NCBI GenBank assembly: GCA_937910785.1
Contig: CALDLG010000029.1
Location: 45 to 64,044 of the forward strand
DNA from: an uncultured Lachnospiraceae bacterium
GTDB lineage: Bacteria; Bacillota; Clostridia; Lachnospirales; Lachnospiraceae
Direction: 5' to 3'
DNA length: 64,000 nucleotides
Below, one piece after another: positions 20,537 through 31,195 of this stretch; positions within the stretch are counted from its first letter, which is position 1; every line of letters starts with the position of its first letter. Made by a program: the position numbers and the translations under genes. The notes below the pieces were generated by a model. The model did no database searches and was not told the origin of the DNA. It saw only the letters and a list, made by a program, of their open reading frames with translations.

Positions 20537-21427
20537 GTGTTGAACACGGTAAAATGGAACGATCGGTTCAGTATTGGTGTGGAAGTGGTGGATAAAGCGC
20601 ATCAGAAGCTGTTTTCCATTGTCGGAAAACTGATCGAGCTGAATGAGGATGAGGAAAAGCAGCAGCATGCGTGCCGGGAAGGCATCAAATATTTTAAAAA
20701 TTATACGTTGAAGCATTTCGCGGAAGAGGAAGCTTATATGCAGTCCATCGATTATCCGGGATACGAGGTACATAAACAGCTCCATGATAATATGTGCCAT
20801 AATACGATTCCGGCGCTGGAACAGGAGATGGAGGAGCAGAATTATTCCAGAGAATCTGTCAGACATTTTCTCGGAATCTGTGTTGGCTGGCTCAACGGAC
20901 ATGTTATGATCGAGGATCATGCGATTAAGGGGGGCTATTCACAGAAGTGGGTGCATCAGTCTTCCGGAGATGAACTTCATTCTCTTCAGAAGTCCGTCGT
21001 ACAGGTCGCGAAGGATCTGCTCCGGATGGATGCAAGACTCGTCAGTGATCATTACAGCGGGGAAGATTTCTGCGAGGGAAATAAGCTTTGCTTCCGGCTG
21101 ACCTATGCGATGCCGGATCAGAAAAAGGCACAGGTTTATATGATTTATGAGGAAAGAATGATTCTTGCATCGCTTGGTGAAATGCTGGGCAGGCAGATCA
21201 AATTTGCGGATAAGACGGTGGTTTATACGATCAAGGTCCTGTCCCAGCAGTTTGTGGAGCGGATGGCGCTTTATTTTCATCCGGGGCAGGAGACTGGCTG
21301 GGAAAAGACGGATTTGATGACCTTTGATCAGGTCCTCAATGCTTTTTATAAGGAGTATCCGCCTTACAGTATGCTGTTTGGAACAGGAGGAAAAGGATAT
21401 TTTGCAGTCTGTATCAGAAAACAATAA
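20537..21427 (+). CDS. Bacteriohemerythrin-domain protein with additional C-terminal domain
   Basis: W...FSIG...VD..H, HF..EE.YM, H...H, W...H....D di-iron ligand pattern. Confidence 0.85.
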   Translation: MLNTVKWNDRFSIGVEVVDKAHQKLFSIVGKLIELNEDEEKQQHACREGIKYFKNYTLKHFAEEEAYMQSIDYPGYEVHKQLHDNMCHNTIPALEQEMEEQNYSRESVRHFLGICVGWLNGHVMIEDHAIKGGYSQKWVHQSSGDELHSLQKSVVQVAKDLLRMDARLVSDHYSGEDFCEGNKLCFRLTYAMPDQKKAQVYMIYEERMILASLGEMLGRQIKFADKTVVYTIKVLSQQFVERMALYFHPGQETGWEKTDLMTFDQVLNAFYKEYPPYSMLFGTGGKGYFAVCIRKQ

Positions 21428-22466
21428 GAAAATATATGTCTCTTCCGGAGAGAAAAGGGCAGGCGCATTCGCATCGGTTACGGAGGCGCTTCAAAGCATC
21501 TCCGGAAACGACGACAGTCCGGTGACGATTCTGATCGCGCCGGGAGTTTACCATGAAAAAATAACGATTGACCGACCCTTTGTTACGTTGGAAGGAACCG
21601 GGGCATGTAATGAGGATACGGTTCTGACGTATGATGATTACGCGAATATGGTGATGGAAGACGGTTCGAAGATGGGAACTTTCCGTTCCTATTCGGTATT
21701 TGTCGATGCACACGATGTGACGTTAAGGAACCTGACAATAGAAAATGCCTCCGGCGATTCCGCAGTTCATGGGCAGGCGATTGCCCTGTATGCGGACGGC
21801 GACCGGCTGATTGCAGATTCCTGCCGCCTCCTTGGACATCAGGATACGCTTTTTACCGGTCCGCTGCCGCCAAAGGAAATGCAGCCGAACGGTTTTATCG
21901 GGCCGAAGCAGTTTGCGCCGCGGATCTGTGGGAGGCAGTATTATAAGGACTGTTATATCTGCGGCGATGTAGATTTTATTTTCGGCAGCGCGACGGCATA
22001 TTTTGAGAACTGTACGATTGAATCCCTGAGACGATTTCCGGTGGAGGGGAATCCGGCGGACCCGGAGCGGAATATGGAGGATTCCCGGATTCAGGGCTAT
22101 GTGACGGCGGCATCCACCCCTGAAGACAGGGAGTACGGCTATGTATTTGCGGGATGCAGGCTGATTTCGGCGGAATGCCCGGACGGGACGGTTTATCTTG
22201 GCAGGCCCTGGCGGAATTATGCGAAGACGGTATTTCTGGACTGCTCAATCGGGAAGCATATTCATCCCGCGCTGTTTCATGACTGGAATAAGCCCGATGC
22301 CCGGACGACTGTCGTATACGGAGTCGGATATCGGAATATGCAGGATAAGAACGTGCGGGAACTTTTTCCCCAATGCGCAGATTTCGTACAGGAACTTCAA
22401 AGGGAGCAGATCGATGGCTGTTCGAAAGAACGCGTCCTCTCCGCTCCCGACAACTGGGCACCCTGA
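21402..22466 (+). CDS. Pectin methylesterase (CE8), no signal peptide
   Basis: PGVYHE, GQAIAL, QDTL, GDVDFIFG, LGRPW. TTG start after AAAGGA is inferred. Confidence 0.88.
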   Translation: MQSVSENNKKIYVSSGEKRAGAFASVTEALQSISGNDDSPVTILIAPGVYHEKITIDRPFVTLEGTGACNEDTVLTYDDYANMVMEDGSKMGTFRSYSVFVDAHDVTLRNLTIENASGDSAVHGQAIALYADGDRLIADSCRLLGHQDTLFTGPLPPKEMQPNGFIGPKQFAPRICGRQYYKDCYICGDVDFIFGSATAYFENCTIESLRRFPVEGNPADPERNMEDSRIQGYVTAASTPEDREYGYVFAGCRLISAECPDGTVYLGRPWRNYAKTVFLDCSIGKHIHPALFHDWNKPDARTTVVYGVGYRNMQDKNVRELFPQCADFVQELQREQIDGCSKERVLSAPDNWAP

Positions 22467-22467
22467 T

Positions 22468-23649
22468 TCAGTTTTCCGCGTGATATCTCGCGACAATCGA
22501 ATGAATACGCTCCACCGGATTCAGCAGATCGCTGATGGAGGAATCATGGTTCAGCGTATCAATAATGTAGGCAATGTACTTGCTCAGGTCACAGTCGATA
22601 TACCATTCTCTTTCCAGCAGCTCCGGCGGCTGGTAAATGAGATTGGTAGTCAGAATTCTGTCGAAAGTCCCTTTATCATAAGCTTTATCGAAACGATCCA
22701 GTCCGGCTGTAAAAAGGCCGAAGGTGGAACAGATAAAGATCCGGTTTGCCTTTCTTGCTTTCAGGGCGGCGGCAACCTCCAGAACGCTGTCTCCGGAAGA
22801 AATCATATCATCGATGATAATCATATCCTTGCCTTCCACGCTGCTGCCCAGAAATTCATGAGCAACTACGGGGTTCCGGCCATTGATCACCCTTGTATAG
22901 TCTTTTCTTTTATAATACATTCCGACATCCAGGCCGAGAACGTTGGCCATATAGATCGCCCGGCTCATGCCGCCCTCATCCGGACTGATGACCATCATAT
23001 GATCGCAGTCGATCTGCAGGCCCTTCACATTGTTGAGCAGGCCCTTGATGAACTGATAGGCAGGCTGTACGGTTTCAAAGCCATGCAGCGGGATGGCATT
23101 CATGACTCTCGGATCATGTGCGTCAAAGGTAATGATATTGTCAACGCCCATATTGACCATTTCCTGCAATGCGAGTGCACAGTCGAGAGATTCCCTGGAG
23201 GTTCTTTTGCTCTGCCTGCTTTCATAAAGAAATGGCATAATGACGGTAATTCTTCTGGCTTTACCGCCGACGGCGGCGATAATACGTTTCAGATCCTGAT
23301 AGTGATCATCGGGAGACATATGGTTTCGATGTCCGCACAGCGAATAGGTCAGGCTGTAATTGGCAACATCCACTAACAGATAAAGATCGGTTCCGCGGAC
23401 GGACTGGTTGATGACGCCTTTGGCTTCGCCGGAGCCGAACCGGGGCACCTTGGCATCCAGAATATAGGAGTTTCTCTGATAGCCGGTAAAAGCGAGGCTT
23501 TCTTTGTGTTCGCTTTCCCGTTCCGCTCTCCATTTAACGAGATAGTAGTCGACCTTTTCGCCCAGTGCCTTGCAGCCTTCCAATGGGATAATGCCGAGAG
23601 AACCGACGGGGATGGTTTCCAGATTCCTTTTTTCTTCACGTTTTGACAT
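22468..23649 (-). CDS. prs: Ribose-phosphate pyrophosphokinase
   Basis: RFGSGE, PFLYESRQ, SPDEGG, IIDDMISSG. Confidence 0.93.
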   Translation of the reverse strand: MSKREEKRNLETIPVGSLGIIPLEGCKALGEKVDYYLVKWRAERESEHKESLAFTGYQRNSYILDAKVPRFGSGEAKGVINQSVRGTDLYLLVDVANYSLTYSLCGHRNHMSPDDHYQDLKRIIAAVGGKARRITVIMPFLYESRQSKRTSRESLDCALALQEMVNMGVDNIITFDAHDPRVMNAIPLHGFETVQPAYQFIKGLLNNVKGLQIDCDHMMVISPDEGGMSRAIYMANVLGLDVGMYYKRKDYTRVINGRNPVVAHEFLGSSVEGKDMIIIDDMISSGDSVLEVAAALKARKANRIFICSTFGLFTAGLDRFDKAYDKGTFDRILTTNLIYQPPELLEREWYIDCDLSKYIAYIIDTLNHDSSISDLLNPVERIHSIVARYHAEN

Positions 23650-23658
23650 GCAAAATCC

Positions 23659-24630
23659 TCACTTTCTGTTCGATAAACGCTTTTTGTACATACGAATGTC
23701 GGGACCGGTCAGCTTACAGAGCTCATAATAGCTGGTAATCCGGGAAAAGATGCGGTCCGAATAGCGGTTTCGCAGCTCTTCCAGAGAAAGATTTGTGGAA
23801 ATGACGGTCGCTTTTTTTCCCATATGGCGTTCATTCAGCAGGGAAAAAAGCTGGGAGGCGACAAACTGATTTGTCAGCTCGGTTCCCAGATCGTCGATGA
23901 TCAGCAGATCACACTGATACAGGTCAGCGTGGCGTTCACGCTGTTCTTCTTTGTTTTTGTAATCAAAAGAATATTGGGATAACAGGTCAAAAAGGCCGGC
24001 GGCGCTGAAATAAATGACGGATTGTCCGTTTTCAATCAGTTCTCTGGCGACACAGTTTGACAGAAAAGTTTTTCCCGTACCCACTGTACCATAAAAAAAC
24101 AGATTATGGTAGTCGGAATTAAAATTTTTGATAAAATTCCGGCATGTTGTGACGGCATTCTGAAAACGGGACAGATCTTCACCTTCATAGTATTCATAGG
24201 ATAAGGAGTGAAAATGATCGTGCCGGAGCATTTCCCGTATATTGGATTGTTCATATAGAAGGGTAATCATGGCCTGCCTGAAACAGTGGCATTTCTGTCC
24301 GTCGATATAGCCGGTGTCACGACAGTCCGGACAGGTATAGACAGGTTTCAGATAATCTTCCGGAAGTCCGGCTTCTGTTAAAAGCCGGGTCTTTTGAAAA
24401 GAAAGCTCGGCGATCAGAAGCTTTAATTCTTCCATGGCCTGTTCATCGCCGGCAAGATATTTTTTCCCCTGAGATACGGAGACAGCTGCGACGCGGTCTT
24501 CCAGCTCCCGGTAGCCTGAAACGTTCTCATATACATAAGCGGTACGGGATTCCAGTTCGTGGCGGTTTTTCAGCTGTCTTGTTTCATAGTCGCGAAGAAT
24601 GATATCGTACTGAGTGTTGGTAAGTGGCAC
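23659..24630 (-). CDS. dnaC: DnaC/DnaI-like replicative helicase loader (AAA+ ATPase)
   Basis: CPDCRDTG..C.C zinc motif, GTVGTGKT, LLIIDDLG, STNL, DRIFSR; operonic with the DnaD-domain gene. Confidence 0.85.
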   Translation of the reverse strand: MPLTNTQYDIILRDYETRQLKNRHELESRTAYVYENVSGYRELEDRVAAVSVSQGKKYLAGDEQAMEELKLLIAELSFQKTRLLTEAGLPEDYLKPVYTCPDCRDTGYIDGQKCHCFRQAMITLLYEQSNIREMLRHDHFHSLSYEYYEGEDLSRFQNAVTTCRNFIKNFNSDYHNLFFYGTVGTGKTFLSNCVARELIENGQSVIYFSAAGLFDLLSQYSFDYKNKEEQRERHADLYQCDLLIIDDLGTELTNQFVASQLFSLLNERHMGKKATVISTNLSLEELRNRYSDRIFSRITSYYELCKLTGPDIRMYKKRLSNRK

Positions 24631-24642
24631 AGCGATACTCCT

Positions 24643-25689
24643 TTAATTGCTTAACAGTTCCTTTTCCAGTGCGTCAAAATCATACTGATTCTGCTTAAAC
24701 TGGTTGAATTTATTATTGGAAAAGGTTCTTGCGGTTCTGCTTTGCGCAAACCGGTCGTCGAGAACCTGAATGTCGTTTCGATGGTGGATGCCGGCCTGAT
24801 ACCAACTGCTTAAAATGCTGTCCGCATATTCAAAGCGGTGCTTGTCCGTTGCGAGAACGGTTCTTTCGCAGGCAGCGGAAATGACATCGAATTCAAAAGA
24901 AAATTCTTTGGTCCAGCGTGTAATAAAGGATACCTCCGTCTGCGTCGGCTGGCTTGATTTTCCAAGCGCCTTCATAATGTCATAGACGGTTTTGTCGTAT
25001 TTATGTGCATAGCCCGCAGCCTGTTCCGGCGTTGTAATGCCTTCCTGAGCCCAGTTTATCGCGACCTTTTCTATGTACCTTAAATCTTTTTTGCCGCGGT
25101 CGACGCAGTATTGGATCAGGTAATCGATCAGATCCTCCGAGAAACCGAGTTTGTCCGAAATAAAAAGGATGGATTTGATTTCGGAAGCGCTTAACGTTTT
25201 CTTTAAATACTGCTCCGTAAAAAACAGGAGACGGGAAGCCGTTTCATCTGATTTAAAAGCCTTCAGCTGGTCCGGCGTATAGGCCGGTTTTTCATAGGGA
25301 CTGTCCGTCTGTACTGCAGCAGGTCTGGATAAAAGCGGTACCACATTCGGAACGGAAGGGGCCGGCGCGGCGGGCGTGGAAACAGGAGCGGCCGGGTTTA
25401 AGTCCATGAGATGAATGCCGCTCAGGTTTTTATGATCGTCATAGTCCAGCGTGAGCAGATGGTTTTTCTCCCAGTATTTGAGGGCACGCAGAACATCCTT
25501 TTCCGTATAATTAAAGGTGTCCGCGATTTCCGATACACTGGTGGAAAGCCCGGCGCTTGTCATGCGGATCAGATACAGGTATATTTTAAGCTGCGCATCA
25601 TTGGCAGACTTCATATATTCATCGATAAAACGGTTGGAAATTACCGTCGAATTTGTATAGTTATCCTTGTAAATGGTTAAATGACTCAT
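24643..25689 (-). CDS. dnaD: DnaD/DnaB_2-domain replication protein
   Basis: N-terminal winged helix (ISNRFID..M..AN, ALKYWEK) and two DnaB_2 repeats (YIEKVAINW, YADSILSSW). Confidence 0.85.
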   Translation of the reverse strand: MSHLTIYKDNYTNSTVISNRFIDEYMKSANDAQLKIYLYLIRMTSAGLSTSVSEIADTFNYTEKDVLRALKYWEKNHLLTLDYDDHKNLSGIHLMDLNPAAPVSTPAAPAPSVPNVVPLLSRPAAVQTDSPYEKPAYTPDQLKAFKSDETASRLLFFTEQYLKKTLSASEIKSILFISDKLGFSEDLIDYLIQYCVDRGKKDLRYIEKVAINWAQEGITTPEQAAGYAHKYDKTVYDIMKALGKSSQPTQTEVSFITRWTKEFSFEFDVISAACERTVLATDKHRFEYADSILSSWYQAGIHHRNDIQVLDDRFAQSRTARTFSNNKFNQFKQNQYDFDALEKELLSN

Positions 25690-25797
25690 AATTATAACAC
25701 GGCTCCTATCAAAGTAAGATGAATTATAGCATGTTGAATTTTAAAAAGATATAGTCATTTTGCCAGAAACAAAAAAATGTCTGTCGGCTATGCGGGA

Positions 25798-25901
25798 TGT
25801 GGAAATTGTGTATAACAAAGAAATGCGACGGAATGCTCGTGAAAAATATCCACAGTAAAAAGCGGGACGGGCACACTTTTTTCTGTGGATATTGTGGACA
25901 A
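25798..25901. promoter_or_regulatory. Cluster of five DnaA boxes
   Basis: TGTGGAAAT 25798, TGTGTATAA 25807 (perfect TTATNCACA on the minus strand), ATATCCACA 25846, TGTGGATAT 25884, TGTGGACAA 25893. Confidence 0.75.
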
Positions 25902-27281
25902 TTATTTATGGAGCAGATTTTCCCCGATTTTTACGACATCTCCGGCCCCCATAGTTATCAACAAATCATCCTTTGTGCAATTTTCAATGAGGAAATTTTC
26001 GATCTCCTCAAAGGTCGGAAAATAGAAACATTCGTGTCCGAGCTTCCTGATCTCTTCCTGCAGGCTTTTCGAGCTGATGCCGAGCGTATCTTTCTCTCTG
26101 GCGGCAAAAATGTCCGCAAGAACGATCCTGTCAGCGATCGACAGAGCTTTGGCGAATTCGGGAAGAAACGCCCTGGTTCTCGAATAAGTATGGGGCTGAA
26201 AGACACACCAGATCGTTTTATGCGGGTAATTTTGGGCGGCCTGCAAAGTTGCGGTAATTTCCGTGGGGTGATGCGCATAATCATCTATTATAGTGATTCC
26301 GTTCACCTTGCCTTTGTATTCAAAACGCCTGTCGGTGCCCCGGAATTCAGACAGCGCTTTCCGGATGACATCGTCTTCAATATCAAGCAGTCTGGCGGCG
26401 GCAATGGCGGCGGCGGCATTATATACGTTGTACAGTCCCGGCACGCGAAGGGCGTAGGAGGCCCTTTGACCGTCCGGCTCCGCCAGTTCGAAGGAAGGGT
26501 GGCCGAACTCATCGTAAGCGATATTCGAGGGAGAATAATCACAGGCAGATGAAGAGCCAAAGGTAACGACCCGGCAGGACAGGGCATCCGTGATTTTATG
26601 GACATCGGGAATATCTCCGTTTATGATGAGCGTTCCGTCCCTGGGAAGCAGTTTGGCGAATTCATGGAAGGAATTACGGATATCGTCAAGGTCCTTAAAG
26701 AAGTCCATGTGGTCTTCTTCTATATTAAGGATGATGCCGATCTTCGGGAAAAAGCTTAAAAAGCTGTTCGTATATTCGCATGCTTCTGTCACGAAGTAGT
26801 CGGACCCGCCGACCCGGATATTGCCGCCGATAGCCTGGTAGATGCCGCCGATGGACAAGGTAGGGTCTTTCCCGGCCGTTAAAAGAATCTGGGACAGCAT
26901 GGAAGTGGTGGTGGTTTTACCGTGTGTTCCGCTGACGGCGATGGGTGTTCTGTAATTTTTCATCATCTGACCGAGCAGCTGGGCCCTTGTGAGAAAGGGG
27001 ATGCCGAGCTCCCTGCCTGCGGCAAACTCCGGATTATCCGGTTTGATGGCGCTTGTGTATACAATAAGGTCAGGATTTGCGGCAAGGTTTTCTTTTTTCT
27101 GGCCATAATAAACGGAGGCTCCTCTGGCGCTCAGGGCTTCGGTGAGAGGCGACTTCTGCCTGTCGGAACCGGATACCCGGAAGCCTTCCGAGAGAAGAAT
27201 TTCGGCGAGCCCGCTCATGCTGATGCCGCCGATGCCCATGAAAAATACATGGATCGGTTTTTTAAAATCAATCTGATACAT
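25902..27281 (-). CDS. murC: UDP-N-acetylmuramate--L-alanine ligase
   Basis: GIGGISMS, GTHGKTTTT, EACEY, DDYAHHP, FQPHTYSR, MGAGD. Confidence 0.95.
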   Translation of the reverse strand: MYQIDFKKPIHVFFMGIGGISMSGLAEILLSEGFRVSGSDRQKSPLTEALSARGASVYYGQKKENLAANPDLIVYTSAIKPDNPEFAAGRELGIPFLTRAQLLGQMMKNYRTPIAVSGTHGKTTTTSMLSQILLTAGKDPTLSIGGIYQAIGGNIRVGGSDYFVTEACEYTNSFLSFFPKIGIILNIEEDHMDFFKDLDDIRNSFHEFAKLLPRDGTLIINGDIPDVHKITDALSCRVVTFGSSSACDYSPSNIAYDEFGHPSFELAEPDGQRASYALRVPGLYNVYNAAAAIAAARLLDIEDDVIRKALSEFRGTDRRFEYKGKVNGITIIDDYAHHPTEITATLQAAQNYPHKTIWCVFQPHTYSRTRAFLPEFAKALSIADRIVLADIFAAREKDTLGISSKSLQEEIRKLGHECFYFPTFEEIENFLIENCTKDDLLITMGAGDVVKIGENLLHK

Positions 27282-27587
27282 TTTTATGACTTCCCATCTT
27301 TTAAGATTTTTAAATGGATATTATTATAAATTATTATACGCATTTGCTTTCAAAAAACCAACATGAATTTCCAATTCATGGTTATGTTAGGAAGTATTTC
27401 CCAAAAATCAGGCTGTATGACAGGATATGTTGAAATTTATTGAAAATTTCCCGAAAATGGCGGCGGATACACGTCAGGAGAATACATACATGTAAAATTG
27501 TGACAAAGATTAAGACAAATCAAAGGAAATATTGTCAAATATAAATAAAATAAAGGGTATAAAAAGAGATTTATTTTGTAAATAATA

Positions 27588-27616
27588 TTCACTTTCTGAT
27601 TTAGTTGTGATATACT
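27588..27616 (+). promoter_or_regulatory. sigma-A promoter of glgCD
   Basis: TTCACT-17 nt-TATACT with extended TGn. Confidence 0.6.
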
Positions 27617-27675
27617 GATAGAACAAAATAAAAATTTTTCTAAAAATATATTATCAGAAACAAGAGGTGAGGGAT

Positions 27676-28950
27676 ATGGTTAAGAAAGAAATGATTGCCA
27701 TGCTGTTAGCAGGCGGTCAGGGAAGCAGATTGGGTGTATTGACATCCAGAGTGGCAAAACCGGCGGTATCATTTGGAAGTAAGTACAGGATCATCGATTT
27801 TCCTTTGAGCAACTGCATCAATTCCGGTGTCGATACTGTTGGCGTTCTGACACAGTACCAGCCGCTTCGCCTGAATACCCATATCGGAATAGGCATTCCG
27901 TGGGATCTGGACAGAAATATCGGCGGTGTTACGGTACTTCCCCCTTATGAGAAAAGCGTTCACAGCGAATGGTATACGGGGACTGCGAACGCCATTTACC
28001 AGAACATCGCATATATGGAGAGCTTTAATCCGGAGTATGTTCTGATTCTTTCCGGAGACCATATCTATAAAATGGATTATGAAGTGATGTTGGACTTTCA
28101 TAAACAGAATGGGGCGGAAGTTACGATTGCGGTTATGCCGGTGCCGATGGAAGAGGCCAGACGTTTTGGCATTATGATTACCGATGAGAACCGCAGGGTA
28201 GTTGATTTTGAGGAGAAGCCGGAGCATCCGAGAAGTAATCTTGCATCGATGGGCATTTACATATTTAACTGGAAGACCCTGAAGGAAGCGCTGCTTCTGA
28301 ATTCGGAACAGTCAGGACTGGATTTTGGTAAACATATTATTCCGTACTGCCATAAAAAAGGCGCACCTCTTTATGCTTATGAGTTTAACGGATACTGGAA
28401 AGATGTAGGAACCCTGAATTCATACTGGGAAGCGAATATGGAGCTGATCGATATCGTTCCGGAATTTAATCTGTATGAGGAATACTGGAAGATCTATACG
28501 AAATGCGAAACGCTGCCACCACAGTATCTTGCGCCTGACAGCGTTGTGGAAAGAAGTATCATCGGTGAAGGAGCGGAGATTTACGGTAAAGTTTATAATT
28601 CCGTGATCGGCTGTGGAGTTGTAGTCGGAGAAGGAACTGTAATCAGGGACTCCATCATCATGAATTCTACTGAAATCGGCCGGAATTGTGAATTAAATAA
28701 AGCCATCGTTGCGGAAGAGGCAGTGCTGGGTGATCAGGTTAAGCTGGGAATCGGGGAAGAGGCTCCCAATGAGACTGATCCCAATATTTATAATCACGGT
28801 CTCGTGACAATTGGCGAAAAGAGTGTTATTCCGAAAGACATCTCAATCGGGAAAAATACGGTTGTATTCGGCATAACTTCCGCGGAGGATTATAAAGACG
28901 GTTATCTTCCAGGCGGCAGAACATTGATTAAGGCAGGTGAAGAACAGTGA
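27676..28950 (+). CDS. glgC: Glucose-1-phosphate adenylyltransferase
   Basis: [40 protein letters not shown]. Confidence 0.95.
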   Translation: MVKKEMIAMLLAGGQGSRLGVLTSRVAKPAVSFGSKYRIIDFPLSNCINSGVDTVGVLTQYQPLRLNTHIGIGIPWDLDRNIGGVTVLPPYEKSVHSEWYTGTANAIYQNIAYMESFNPEYVLILSGDHIYKMDYEVMLDFHKQNGAEVTIAVMPVPMEEARRFGIMITDENRRVVDFEEKPEHPRSNLASMGIYIFNWKTLKEALLLNSEQSGLDFGKHIIPYCHKKGAPLYAYEFNGYWKDVGTLNSYWEANMELIDIVPEFNLYEEYWKIYTKCETLPPQYLAPDSVVERSIIGEGAEIYGKVYNSVIGCGVVVGEGTVIRDSIIMNSTEIGRNCELNKAIVAEEAVLGDQVKLGIGEEAPNETDPNIYNHGLVTIGEKSVIPKDISIGKNTVVFGITSAEDYKDGYLPGGRTLIKAGEEQ

Positions 28951-30065
28951 GAGCAATTGGAATTATTTTAGCCGGTGGTAATAATCACAGGATGAAGGAA
29001 CTGACCCGGAAGCGTGCTGTCTGCGCTATGCCGATCGCAGGAAGTTATCGTGGAATCGACTTTGCACTCAGTAATATGACGAACTCCCATATTAACAAAG
29101 TTGCAGTATTTACCCAGTACAACGCGGGAAGCTTAAATGAGCATCTGAGTTCATCCAAATGGTGGAATTTCGGACGTAAACAGGGCGGCTTATACGTTTT
29201 CACCCCGGCGTTAACGGCGGAAAGCAGCGTCTGGTATCGCGGCACAGCGGACGCAATTGCCCAGAATCTGTCTTTCTTAAAGAACAGTCATGAACCATAT
29301 GTTGTTATCTCTTCCGGTGACTGTATTTATAAGATGGATTTTAATAAAGTGCTGGAATACCACATTGAAAAGAAAGCGGATATTACGGTTGTATGTAAGG
29401 AGATGGAGCCCGGCAGAGATATCGAGCGCTATGGTACGGTCAAGATGAATGAAGAAAGCCGTATCGAGGAATTCGAAGAAAAGCCGGTGGTAGCCAAATC
29501 CAATACAATTTCCTGCGGTGTTTACGTTATCAGAAGACGGCAGTTGATTGAGATGATCGAAAAAAGCGCTGAGGAAGACCGGCATGATTTTGTTAAGGAT
29601 ATTCTGATTCGTTACAAAGACATCAAGAGAATTTTTGGCTACAAGATCAGAGATTACTGGAGCAATATCGCGACGGTTGAAGATTATTTCAGCACCAACA
29701 TGGATTTCCTGAAGCCGGAAATCAGAAATTATTTCTTCAAACAGTACCCGGATGTATATTCCAGAGTGGATGATAATCCGCCGGCGAAATACAATGTAGG
29801 AGCGAGAATCCGGAACAGCCTGATTTCCAGCGGCTGTATTGTAAACGGGACTGTGGAAGATTCTGTTATCTTTAAGAAAACATATATTGGGAATAACTGT
29901 TATATTAAGAATTCCATTATATTGAACGATGTTTACATCGGAGATAACACACATATTGAAAATTGCATTGTTGAGAGCCGGGGAACAATTCGTGCCAATT
30001 CCTATTACAGAGGGGAAAACGACATAGAAATTGTTGTAGAACACAATGATAGATATGTTATTTAG
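28947..30065 (+). CDS. glgD: Glucose-1-phosphate adenylyltransferase regulatory subunit GlgD
   Basis: GlgC paralog with degenerate N-terminal motif; GTGA overlap with glgC. Confidence 0.92.
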   Translation: MRAIGIILAGGNNHRMKELTRKRAVCAMPIAGSYRGIDFALSNMTNSHINKVAVFTQYNAGSLNEHLSSSKWWNFGRKQGGLYVFTPALTAESSVWYRGTADAIAQNLSFLKNSHEPYVVISSGDCIYKMDFNKVLEYHIEKKADITVVCKEMEPGRDIERYGTVKMNEESRIEEFEEKPVVAKSNTISCGVYVIRRRQLIEMIEKSAEEDRHDFVKDILIRYKDIKRIFGYKIRDYWSNIATVEDYFSTNMDFLKPEIRNYFFKQYPDVYSRVDDNPPAKYNVGARIRNSLISSGCIVNGTVEDSVIFKKTYIGNNCYIKNSIILNDVYIGDNTHIENCIVESRGTIRANSYYRGENDIEIVVEHNDRYVI

Positions 30066-30188
30066 TGTTACATAATTAAAAGATTGTTGATTACAAGCTG
30101 CGTGGCTTGATAAGTATGACTTGTGTGGAAAGCTTGTGAAAGCCGACGGGATTCTGTTCGGTATCATATGATAAGGAGGCTGAGCTTC

Positions 30189-30461
30189 ATGAGAATTACT
30201 GATGTCCGCGTGCGTAAAATGACTCAAGACAGCAAGATGAAGGCAATCGTTTCAATTACCATTGATGACGAATTTGTTGTGCATGACATTAAAGTAATCG
30301 AAGGTGAAAAAGGGCTTTTTATTGCCATGCCAAGCAAGAAGGCGACTGATGGCGAGTATCGGGATATTGCACATCCGATCAACTCCGTCACCAGAGAGCA
30401 TATCCAGAATATCATTCTGGACAGCTATGAAAAGGCGCTTTTAGAACCGAATGATGAATAG
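30189..30461 (+). CDS. spoVG: Septation regulator SpoVG
   Basis: [10 protein letters not shown]...[19 protein letters not shown]...DIAHPIN; AAGGAGG RBS. Confidence 0.95.
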   Translation: MRITDVRVRKMTQDSKMKAIVSITIDDEFVVHDIKVIEGEKGLFIAMPSKKATDGEYRDIAHPINSVTREHIQNIILDSYEKALLEPNDE

Positions 30462-30483
30462 TGTATTGAGCAGGTAACGACAG

Positions 30484-30507
30484 AGAGGATGCGTAAGCAT
30501 CCTTTTT
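30484..30507 (+). terminator. Intrinsic terminator after spoVG
   Basis: AGGATGC-gtaa-GCATCCT followed by a T-tract. Confidence 0.8.
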
Positions 30508-30550
30508 GTTTGGTTTTTTGGGCAGTTTTTTTGGCTGTTTAAAAAACTAC

Positions 30551-30579
30551 TTGTGGGAGTTTCGGGTTATTGGTACAAT
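30551..30579 (+). promoter_or_regulatory. sigma-A promoter of pth-mfd
   Basis: TTGTGG-17 nt-TACAAT with extended TGn. Confidence 0.55.
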
Positions 30580-30610
30580 AAATAGGATTAACAGAGAGGC
30601 GGGAGCGGCT

Positions 30611-31195
30611 ATGTATGTGATTGCGGGTCTCGGAAATCCGGGGACAAAATATGAAAATACAAGGCATAATGTCGGGTTTATGGTGATCGATATGGTCGCG
30701 GAAAAGCATCATATTCCGGTGACGGAAAAAAAACACAGGGCACTGATCGGAAAAGGGATGATCGGAGGCGAGAGGGCGCTTCTCGTGAAACCACAGACTT
30801 TCATGAATCTGAGTGGTGAAAGCGTACGTGAAATCATAGACTATTATAAGATAGAAGAAAAAACAGAGCTTATCGTAATTTCGGACGATATCAGCCTGCC
30901 GCCCGGCGCATTGCGCATCCGGAAAAAAGGAAGCGCAGGCGGCCACAACGGACTGAAAAATATTATTCTTCATCTTGGACATGATGAATTCCGGAGAATC
31001 CGGCTTGGCGTGGGAGATAAACCGTCAGGCTATGATCTGGCGGATTATGTGCTGGGGCATTTTAATGAAGATGACAGGGCGCTCATTGTAAGGAGCGTGG
31101 AACGGGCGGCGGAGGCAGTGGAGGTCATGATCGCGGAAGGCGCCGACAAAGCAATGAATCAATTCAATCAAAAAGGAACAGGACCACAGGAATGA
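30611..31195 (+). CDS. pth: Peptidyl-tRNA hydrolase
   Basis: GLGNPG..Y..TRHNVG, KPQTFMNLSG, GGHNG. Confidence 0.95.
   Translation: MYVIAGLGNPGTKYENTRHNVGFMVIDMVAEKHHIPVTEKKHRALIGKGMIGGERALLVKPQTFMNLSGESVREIIDYYKIEEKTELIVISDDISLPPGALRIRKKGSAGGHNGLKNIILHLGHDEFRRIRLGVGDKPSGYDLADYVLGHFNEDDRALIVRSVERAAEAVEVMIAEGADKAMNQFNQKGTGPQE

Noticed and set aside
22198..23376. 392-aa plus-strand ORF opposite prs
   Set aside because: Overlaps prs and the pectin methylesterase gene; no motifs.
23659..24630. IstB-like ATPase as an IS21 element or prophage replication module
   Set aside because: No IstA transposase, terminal repeats or phage genes; it sits in a dnaD-dnaC-prs housekeeping context.
25798..25901. 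oriC
   Set aside because: No dnaA, dnaN or gidA neighbours and no clear unwinding element; kept only as a DnaA-box cluster.
27498..27520. Rex-like site TTGTGACAAAGATTAAGACAA upstream of glgC
   Set aside because: Wrong spacing and poor right half-site relative to TTGTGAA-N4-TTCACAA.
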